Shown: piece after piece, positions 11,445 through 20,000 of the stretch
Layout of the letters: the number at the start of each line of letters is the position of its first letter
Numbering within the stretch: the stretch's first letter is position 1
NCBI RefSeq assembly: GCF_004010195.1
Contig: NC_057711.1
Span: 70,043,838-70,063,837, forward strand
DNA from: Chiloscyllium plagiosum
Taxonomy: Eukaryota
Direction: 5' to 3'
Length of the DNA stretch: 20,000 nucleotides
The notes under the pieces: model-generated
The model's database searches: none
Told to the model about the DNA's origin: nothing
Seen by the model: the letters and a program-made list of their open reading frames with translations, nothing else
Program-made: the position numbers and the translations under genes

Positions 11445-13093
11445 TTTAATTCCTTTATGGGATGTCAACATCACTGGTTGGCAGCATACATTGTCATCCC
11501 TAGTTTCACTTGAGAAGATGTAGTGACCTGCCTTCTTCGGCCACTGCATTCCAATTGCTTTAGGTAGAGCGAGTTTCAGGATATTGACCTAGTGATACTA
11601 AAGGAATGTGTGGATTTTCCATGATGTGGAGGTGGGCAAAGTTAAAAATCACACAACACTAGGTTATAGTCCAACAGATTAATTTGCAAGTACTAGCTTT
11701 CGGAGCATTGCTCCTTTATCGGGTAGCTGTCGCGTGGTTTGGAGGGGAACTTGCAGATGGTGGTGTTTGGGTGAATCTGTTACCTTTGTCCTTTGAGATG
11801 GACATGGTTGTGAGTTTGAAAGGTGCTGTCTGACGATCTTTAGTGAATTTCTGCAGTGCAACTTGCAGATGGCACACATTGTTGCTGCAGTGGTGGAGAA
11901 AATGAATGTGGTGCCAATGAAATGGGTTGCTTTGTCTTGGAAGGCGTCAAACTTCTTGAATATAGTTGGAGCTGCACTTATCGAGGCAACCAGGGAGTAT
12001 GTCTCACATTTCTGATTTGTGTAATGTAGATAGTGAACAGGCTATGGGGACACAGGAGGTGAGATACTCACTGCAGGATTCCTAGTCTCTGATCTGTTTT
12101 TGTAGCCACTGTATTTATATAGCTAGTCCAGTCCAGTTTCTGTTCAATGATAACCCCCTTGATAGTGAGGGATTCATTGATGGCAATGCCATTGAATGCC
12201 AATGGACAGTAGTTAGATTGTCTCTTATTGGAGATTGTCATTACCAGGCATATGTGTGGCATGTACTTTACTTCCCACTTTTCAGCCCAAGGATATTTAA
12301 GTCTGTTGCATTTCTCTGAGGAGTTGCAAATGGTGCTGACCATTATACAATCCTCAGCAAACATCTCTCCTTCTGACCTTATGTCTGAGGGAAGGTCATT
12401 GATAAAGTAGCTGAAGATGGTATCAGGACCTAGAGCCCAGGACAACCTTGAAGAAATCCTGCAGATATGACCTGGAACTGAAATGACTGATCTCTGACAA
12501 CCACAGCCATCTTCCTTTGTGCTCATATGACTCTAACAGCAGAGAGTTTTTCCTTTGATTCCCATTGATTTAGGTTTTCTTAGTGCTCTTCAATGCTACA
12601 CTTGATCAAATGTGGCTTTGATGTCAAAAGCAATCATTGTCATCTCACTTCTGAAACTCAGCTCTTCTGCCGATGTTTGAACTAAGGTAATAATGAGGTC
12701 AGGAACTGAGTGTCCCTGGTGGAATCCAAACTGACAATAAATAGGCAGGTTATTGTTAAGCAGGACCTCCTTGTTAGCACTATTGATGTGCCTTTCCATC
12801 ACTTACTGATGATTGAGAGGAGACTGGTGGAGCAGTAATTGACCATGTTGAATTTGTCCTACTTTTTGTGTACAGGAGACACCTGGGTAATTTTCCACAT
12901 TGTCGGGTAGATGCCAGTATAGACTGGAAGTGCTAGGCTAATGGTGCAATGGTTTTTGGAGCAGAAGTCCTCAGTCCAACGTTGGAAAGTTTTTGGGGCC
13001 TTTAGCCTTTGCAATATCCAGTGTCTTCGGCATTTTTTTGAAATCACATGTAAATCAAATTAGCTGAAGACTGACATCCATGATGTCAAGGAC
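11445..13093 (-). mobile_element. Decayed non-LTR retrotransposon (CR1/L2 group), RT domain to 3' end
   Basis: Ordered RT motifs on minus: TGIYPTMWKITQVSPVHKK, QFGFHQGHSVPDL, IAFDIKATFDQV, LGPDTIFSYFINDLP...MFAEDC, WAEKWEVKY, GVIIEQKLDWTSYIN. Many stops and frameshifts. Confidence 0.88.
11619..11730 (-). mobile_element. Penelope-like terminal-repeat fragment with mutated hammerhead core, nested in the LINE
   Basis: Same family as 19243-19458 (gttaaaaatcacacaacac.aggttatagtccaacag). Minus strand reads tac-CCGATAA-a-ggagc-aat-gctcc-GAAA-gc-TA-gta. Confidence 0.85.
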
Positions 13094-13252
13094 ATAGAAA
13101 ATGTATTTTTATTTTAGGTTTTGACTCATGATATGAGCAACAAGTGTACTTCTCCATCTTTTAAGGTACTCACTCGAGAACCACTTCAATATACTACTTC
13201 TTTTTCAAAATTTGTACAGCATAGCATCTGATGTCAGTTTATGGCCATTGAT

Positions 13253-15249
13253 GTCATACAGTCATAGAGTCAAAGTCATAGAGTCATAGAGATGTACAGC
13301 ATGTAAACAGACCCTTCGGTCCAACTCGTCCATGCTGACCAGATATCCCAACCCAATCTAGTCCCACCTGACAGCACCCGACCCATATCCCTCCAAACCC
13401 TTTCTATTCATATACCCATCCAAATGCCTCTTAAATGTTGCAATTGTACCAGCCTACACCACTTCCTCTGGCAGCTCATTCCATACATGTACTACCCTCT
13501 ATGTGAAAAAGCTGCCCTGTAAGTCTCTTTGAGATCTTTCCCCTCTCACCCTAAACCTATGCCCTCTCGTTCTGGACTCCCCGACCCCAGGGAAAAGACT
13601 TTGCCTATTTATCCTATCCATGCCCCTCATAGCTTTGTAAACCTCTATAAGGTCACCCCACAGCCTCTGATGCTCCAGGGAAAACAGACCCCGCCTGTTC
13701 AGCCTCTCCCTATAGCTCAAATCCTCCAACCCTGGCAACATCCTTGTAAATCTTTTCTGAACCCTTTCAAGTTTCACAACATCTTTCCAATGGGAAGGAG
13801 ACCAGAATTGCACGCAATATTCCAACAGTGGCCTAACCAATGTCCTGTACAGCCGCAACATGACCTCCCAACTCTTGTACTCAATACTCTGACCAATAAA
13901 GGAAAGCATACCAAACACCTTATTCACTATCCTACCTGTGACTCCACTTTCAAGGAGTATGAACCTGCACTCCAAGGTCTCTTTGTTCAGCAACACTCCC
14001 TAGGATCTTACCATTAAGTGTATAAGTCCTGTTAAGATTTGCTTTCCCAAAGCACAGCACCTCGCACTTATCTGAATTAAACTCCATCTGTCACTTCTCA
14101 GCCCATTGGCCCATTTGGTCAAGATCCTGTTGTAATCTGAGGTAACCCTCTTTGCTGTCCACTACACCTCAATTTTGGCATCATCTGCAAACTTACTAAC
14201 TGTACCTCTTATGCTCGCATCCAAATCATTTATGTAAATCACAAAAAGTAGAGGACCCAGCACCGATCCTTGTGGCACTCCACTGGTCACAGGCCTCTAG
14301 TCTGAGAAACAACCCACCACCACCATCCTCTGTCTTCTACCTTTGAGCCAGTTCTGTATCCAGCCAGTTCTCCCTGTACTCCGTGAGCTTTAACCTGGCT
14401 AACCAGTCTCCCATGGGGAACCTTGTTGAATGCCTTACTGAAGTTCCTATAGATCACATCTACTGCTCTGCCCTCATCAATCCTTTTGTTACTTTCTCAA
14501 AATACTCAATCAAGTTTGTGAGACATGATTTCCCACGCACAAAGCCATGTTGACTATCCCTAATCAGTTCTTGCCTTTCCAAATACATGTACATCCTGTC
14601 CCTCAGGACTCCCTCCAACAACTTGCCCACCACCGATGTCAGGCTCACTGGTCTGTAGTTCCCTGGCTTGACCACCCTTCTTAAACAGTGGCACCACGTT
14701 AGCCAACCTCCAGTCTTCCAGCTCCTCACCTGCGACTATTGATGATATAAATATCTCACCAAGAAGCCCAGCAATCACGTCTCTCACTTCCCACAGAGTT
14801 CCAGGATACACCTGATCAGGTCTTGGGGATTTATCTACCTTTACCTGTTTCAAGACATCCAGCACTTCCTCCTCTGTAATTTGGACATTTTGCAAGATGT
14901 CACCATCTATTTCTCTACAGTCTATATCTTTCATATCCTTTTCCACAGTAAATACTGATGCAAAATACTCATTTAGTATCACTCCCATTTTCTGCGGCTT
15001 CACACAAAGGCCAACTTGCTGATCTTTGAGGGGCCCTATTCTCTCCCTAGTTACCTTTTCGTCCTTAATGTCTTTGTAAAAACTCTGGATTCTCCTTAAT
15101 TCTATTTGCCAAAGCTATCTCATGTCCCCTTTTTTGCTCTTCTGAGTTCCCTCTTAAGTATACTCCTACTGCATTTATACTCTTCTAAGGATTTACACGA
15201 TCTATCCTGTCTATACCTTACATATGCTTCCTTCTTTTTCTTAACCAAA
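13253..15249 (-). mobile_element. 5'-truncated HER1-like CR1 LINE (~2 kb)
   Basis: (TCTATGAC)n tail at 13253-13290. ORF2 motifs [93 protein letters not shown]. Frameshifted. Confidence 0.95.
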
Positions 15250-15252
15250 AAA

Positions 15253-16259
15253 GAGTCATAGAGTCATTTAGATATACAGCAGAGTTCGGTCGAACTTGTC
15301 CATGCTGACCAGCTATCCGAACCTAATCTAGTCCCATTTGCCAGCACTTGGCCCATATCCCCCTAAACCCTTCCTATTCATATACCCATCCAGATGCCTT
15401 TTAAATGCTGTAATTGTATCTATCTCCACCATTTCCTCTGGCAGTTCATTCCATACAAGTGCCACCCTCTGTGCGAAAAAAGTTGCAAAAGTTGCCCCTT
15501 TTAAATTTTTCCCTTCCCACCCTAAAACTATGCCTTCTAGTTCTGGACTCACCCACCCCAGGGAAAAGACCTTGTCTATTTACCCTATCCATGCCACTCA
15601 TGATTTTAAAAGCCTCATTAAGGTCACCCCACAGCCTCCGACGCTGCTAGGAAAACAGCCCCAGCCTATTCAGTCTCACCTTATAGCTCAAATCCTTCAA
15701 CCCTGGCAACATCTTGGTAAATCTTTTCTGAACCCTTTCAAGTTTCACAATATCCTTCTGATAGGGAGGAGACTAGAATTGCACGCAATATTCCAAACGT
15801 GGCTAACGAATGTTCTGTACAGATGCAACATGACCTCCCAACTCCTATATTGAATGCTCTGACCAATAAAGGAAAGCATACCAAACGCCTTCTTCACTGT
15901 CCTAACTATCTGTGACTCCATTTTCAAGGAACTATGGACCTGCACTCTAAGGTCTCTTTGTTCAGCAACACATCCCAGGACCTTACCATTAAGTGTATAA
16001 GTCTGCCCTGATTTGCCTTTCCAAAATGCATCACCTCACATTTATTTAAATTAAATTCCAACTGCCAGTCCTCAGCACATTGTTGCATCTGATCAAGATC
16101 CTGAGTACTCATAGGTAACTTTCTTCACTGTCCACTACACCTCCAATTTTGGTGTCATCTGCAAACTTACTAACTATACCTCCTATGTTCACATCCAAAT
16201 TATTTATATAAATGATGAAAAGCAGTGGACCCAGTACCGATCCTTTTGGCACACCACTG
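15253..16259 (-). mobile_element. Second 5'-truncated HER1-like CR1 (~1 kb), head-to-tail with the first
   Basis: Tail gagtcatagagtcat, colinear with ~13280-14285. Motifs GVPKGSVLGP, SKFADDTK, WQLEFNLNKCEVMHFG, KKAFGMLSFIGQSI. Confidence 0.95.
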
Positions 16260-16405
16260 TCTCTATGATCACTGAATAAGTTCCACATCCTTCCATGGGT
16301 CTTGACCTGCTTGGATATGCCTCACTCTCTCTTTGAGAAAACCATGACCTGATGTACTGGGAGCTCCGAAAACTCACCCGCTTGTCAACAGGTGATTTAA
16401 CTAAG

Positions 16406-17087
16406 TTTGAACTAATATGGCAAATCACAGGGGAACAAATATACACATGGTTCAGTCCTGTTAAACAAAAAATTATGTTTCCCAGTTAATTCATCATCAT
16501 TTTAAGACATTTTGTCACTTTTGATTGTAAAACTAATAACTGACATGTTGCTCTATTTGCCATAGTATATTGAGTTTCCTTGCATCACAAAAAATGTTTT
16601 GAACTTGCCTACTAATTTAGTACTGATTTTCCCTCACTACTGTATTTGTGACCATCTGGTCGGTATGGATGAGTTGGACAAAAGGGTCTGTTTCTGTGCT
16701 GTACATTTCTGTGACCAGTAAAATGATTTCACCCACAAATTATGAAATACATATCTGGTTGTGGTAATGTTCCAAACTGGGTTATGTTATTGCTACAGCT
16801 CAGATGTGCTCAGTGTAAATGATGATGAATAATGGTGTCACATATTATCCTGAAAGAAACAATCCAAGCATATTTTCCCATTTTTATAAAACATTTGAAA
16901 GCATTCATCCTGCCAACCATAATCCTTGCAATTAAACATTTTAACTTGTAACTGCAGGTCAAATTTGAACTAATACGGCAAATCACAGGGGAACAAATAT
17001 ACACATGGTTCAGTCCTGTTTAACAAAAAATTATGTTTCCCAGTTAATTCATCATCGTTTTAAGAACATTTTGTCACTTTTGATTGT
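16406..17087 (+). repeat. Dispersed direct duplication: 16406-16528 and 16964-17087
   Basis: The 123/124-bp copies differ by 3 substitutions and one 1-bp indel, with starts offset by 558 bp. Confidence 0.95.
16655..16715 (+). mobile_element. Ultra-short CR1 3'-terminal fragment
   Basis: tctggtcggtatggatgagttggacaaaagggtctgtttctgtgctgtacatttctgtgac matches the reverse complement of ~13283-13343. Flanked by tgtgacca (16647-16654, 16710-16717). Confidence 0.85.
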
Positions 17088-17185
17088 CAAAGTATGTCCA
17101 TGATATTTAAACATTTGAATTAGTCTCGAATGTGAATCTACTTTCTAGTTGGATAATTACTAATTGAAAATTAAGATGACAACTT

Positions 17186-17307
17186 AGGGTCACTGAACCT
17201 AAAATGTTACCTCTGATTTCTCTCCATAGATCTGTCAGATTTGCCAAATTTTTTTTAGCAATCTCTGTTTTTACTTCTGATTTCCAGCATCTGCAGTCCT
17301 TTTTTTT
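17186..17307 (+). mobile_element. Old Penelope-like terminal-repeat relic starting at hammerhead stem II
   Basis: agggtcactgaacct-aaaa-tgtta (decayed stem II/GAAA/NUH) followed by ctctgatttctctccataga...tgtttttacttctgatttccagcatctgcagtc, similar to 5740-5900 and to the reverse complement of 19830-19850. Confidence 0.65.
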
Positions 17308-17407
17308 AATTTAGTGTTTAGCTCGCTGCAACATCTCTTCCAGGTATGTCCACTTGTTCCTCTCTCCGATATGATTTCCATTCCAATACTTTTTCTTGTT
17401 CACTGCC

Positions 17408-18360
17408 ATTAATAAAACATCACAAGGTATTATAAAATATGACATTGAGCCACTAAAGAAGTTTGGAAAAGTGACCAAAATCTTGACTGAAGAATATTGT
17501 TTTAATTTGACTAAAAGGAGGAAAAGAAGTAGAGAGGTTTAGGAAGGGAATTCCAGAGCTTGGAACCTTGGCAGCTGAATACACAGCCACCAGTGGTGAA
17601 GTGATTAAGATCAGGGATGCTCGGGAGGTCATCATTACATTAGGAAGCACAAGGCTGATGGTTAAATAGCATACGTGAGAGTTTTGGATGACTTGGATAC
17701 TTATAGAGGATAAAAGGTAGAAAGGTGTCCAAGAGTGCATTGGAATAGTCAAATCTGAGTATGAGAAATACATGGATGATAGTTTCAGCATCAAAAGGGA
17801 TGAGGCAGAGGTTGGAATAGGGGATGTTGTGAAAGTGGAATATGTGTTCTTAGCAACAGTGCAGATAGTTGGTTGTAAATGCTTCTTGCGGTCAAACATG
17901 TCACAGATTCTGAATAGTCTGTTTTATCATTAGATAGTTGCTGGAGAGGGAGATGGAATGTGTGGTGAGATGTGGTTGGGACTGAAAACAATGGCCTGTA
18001 CATAATTGAGGAAATTTCTGCTCATCTAGTGTTTGATGCTAGATTAACAGTCTGATAATTTTGCTCCATAAAGTACAGGAGTTGAGAGAAATGATGGGGC
18101 AATAGAGTTGGGTGGTATGTGTGTACTTGTGGAAACATGTTTTCATATGATGTTGCTGAGGCACAGCATGTGGTTGAGAAAGAGAATGAGTGTAAGGATA
18201 AATGCTTGGGGACAGCACAAAGAGTATTGCTGGCTATACTTAGACAGATAAGAATGAACGAGACAAGTACAATCCCATGTATCCGGATGATATTGGAAAG
18301 ACATTTGAGAAGGGTCATTTAATGAAGTGTGTCAAATTCTCAAGATAAATCGAGCAGATT
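17408..18360 (-). mobile_element. Decayed L2 LINE 3' portion
   Basis: Minus-strand remnants LLDLSxxFDT near 18355-18330 and a decayed AETLIHAFxxSRLDYSN...QVIQNS region (~17790-17680). The segment ggaagggaattccagagcttgg..cct.ggcagctgaa is L2-like. Confidence 0.7.
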
Positions 18361-19242
18361 TAATACATGATTAAGTTCAATAAAATTATTTTATATAAAT
18401 ACTTTAGTGTGTTATCACACAAGCAATAAATCTGTGTTCTAAGGGAATTAATTCAAATATCTTAGCCTGAAATTTAGCTCAACAGGTCATATGTGGGCTT
18501 TGGCATAAAACATCAGCTCAGACACTTCTAGTCACCTAACACACAGCCAGAGTAGTGTGCTGAACCGACAGGACTTTAGGACAGGCATGTTATTCATATG
18601 TCAGAAGATGCGGGGTTGGCAGATTGCGACCTCAAACAGCTCTAGTGCTGATCTGATGTTCACTCTGCCATTTGAGTCAATAAATGATCTGTTAACGTGC
18701 TCTCATAATGACACACAGTCAATATATGAGAAACGTCCCCCCCAACACCAAAAACCATCTAAAGATATTCAAATATCTACCCATAGATAAGGACATAAGC
18801 AATAGAAACAGGAGTGGGCCATTCACCCCCTCAATCCTGCCCTGACATCCTATAAAATCATAGCTGATCTGCCCCACCCCTCAACTCCCCATTTGTGCCA
18901 GCTCATTATAGCCCTTAACTCCTCATTATTTCACAATATATTCATGCCCTCTTTAAAGACTTTCAATGGTCTAGTCTCTACAACTTTCTGACGTGGAAAA
19001 TTCCGGACATTCACTACCCTCTAGGAGAAGAAATTTCTTCACATCTTATTTTTAAGTGAGTATACCCTTATTTTGTAACTATGTCCCTTATTTTGAGATT
19101 GCCCCATTCGTGGAAACATCTTGTCAACATCTGCCCTGTCAAGCCCCCTCTGAATTTTGCATGTTTCTGTAAGATCACCTCTCATTCTTCTAAACTTTAA
19201 TGATTAAAGGTCTAACCTATTTAGCCAATCTTGATAAGTTAA

Positions 19243-19458
19243 AGTTAAAAATCACACAATACCAGGTTATAGTTCAACAGGTTTAATTGGAAGCACACTA
19301 GCTTTCGGAGTGTCGCTCCTTCATCAGGTGGTAGTGGAGTGACGCTCCGAAAGCTAGTGTGCTTCCATTTAAACCTGTTGGACTATAACCTGGTGTTGTG
19401 TGATTTTTAACGTTGTACACCCCAGTCCAACACCGGCATCTCCAAATCATGGCTACTA
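19243..19458. mobile_element. Penelope-like fold-back insertion (two inverted partial terminal repeats) nested in CR1
   Basis: 12-bp TSD ttgataagttaa (19231-19242, 19459-19470). 76-bp arms 19244-19319 and 19336-19411 with 5 differences and a 16-nt spacer. Confidence 0.88.
19296..19330 (-). ncRNA. Minimal type I hammerhead ribozyme motif
   Basis: Minus: CAC-CUGAUGA-A-GGAG(CGACA)CUCC-GAAA-GC-UA-GUG. Intact core, 3-bp stem I, 4-bp stem II, palindromic AGCU in place of stem III. Confidence 0.75.
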
Positions 19459-19817
19459 TTGATAAGTTAACCTCTCCATCCCAGGAATCAGTTTAGTGGA
19501 TCTCTTTCGAATTGCCTCGAATGCTTACTCTCTCTTAAATATGGGGACCAAATCTCTACACAGTACTCCAGATGTGATCGCACCAGCACCCTGTTAAGGT
19601 TGTAACAAGAGTTTGCTTTTTTTAAACTCTAAACACCCAGCAGTAAAGTCTGTACGCCTTCTTAATTACCTGATGCACTTGCATGCTAATGTTTTTTGTT
19701 TCATGCACAGTAAAACACAGATCTCTCTGAGTTACATTTTTTGGAGTCTCTCACCATTTAAATAATAGCCTCCCTTTTGATTCTTCCTATGGAAGTGCAT
19801 GGCCTCACACTTTTCTA

Positions 19818-20000
19818 TGAGGTAAAAACAATGACTGCAGATGCTGGAAACCAGATTCTGGATCAGTGGTGCTGGAAGAGCACAGCAATTCAGGCAGCAT
19901 CCGAGGACAGGCAAAATCGACGTTTCGGGCAAAAGCCCTTCATCAGGAATAAAGGCAGAGAGCCTGAAGCGTGGAGAGATAAGCTAGAGGAGGGGGGGGG
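19818..20000 (-). mobile_element. Penelope-like element 3' end / terminal repeat (continues beyond window)
   Basis: CpG-retaining segment that abruptly interrupts the CR1 and contains a hammerhead motif; related to 2991-3135, 5689-5900 and 17186-17307. Confidence 0.75.
19914..19951 (-). ncRNA. Minimal type I hammerhead ribozyme motif
   Basis: Minus: AUUC-CUGAUGA-A-GGGC(UUUU)GCCC-GAAA-CG-UC-GAUU. Intact core and GUC triplet, palindromic ACGU at stem III, weak stem I (U-U mismatch). Confidence 0.7.

Larger units (their letters stand above)
18787..19817 (-). mobile_element. Decayed CR1 LINE 3' portion
   Basis: Tail ataaggacataagcaatagaaacaggagtgggccattca. Minus peptide EKCEAMHFHRKNQKGGYYLNGERLQK and a HLEYCV-encoding segment near 19555-19575. 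Confidence 0.85.

Noticed and set aside
13529..15853. Long + strand ORFs 13529-14017 and 15338-15853
   Set aside because: Antisense shadows of CR1 ORF2.
16349..16375. ctgatgta...ggagctccgaaa as a hammerhead
   Set aside because: The core is CUGAUGU rather than CUGANGA, and no proper stem I or II register forms.

Overview
Eukaryotic, repeat-rich, AT-rich non-coding DNA. It is very likely from a cartilaginous fish (shark), inferred from an HE1-type V-SINE, HER1/CR1-like LINEs and Penelope-like terminal repeats. I recognise no intact host protein-coding gene; the long ORFs in the track are LINE reverse-transcriptase debris, their antisense shadows, or chance ORFs. Contents: a decayed, intron-containing Harbinger-type Myb/SANT gene (~1852-4237, +) interrupted by a CR1 3' fragment that itself carries a Penelope-like insertion; one HE1 SINE; seven minus-strand LINE fragments (CR1, CR1/L2-group, L2); one ~60-bp CR1 tail; six short Penelope-like terminal-repeat pieces carrying intact or decayed minimal type I hammerhead ribozyme motifs, two of them as fold-back inverted repeats with target-site duplications (TSDs); and a ~123-bp non-tandem duplication of apparently unique sequence. 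The most interesting pattern is that five independent hammerhead-bearing insertions all end or invert within ~15 nt of the ribozyme core. TE family names come from recalled motifs, not database searches. I see no convincing evidence for a wholly new biological system.
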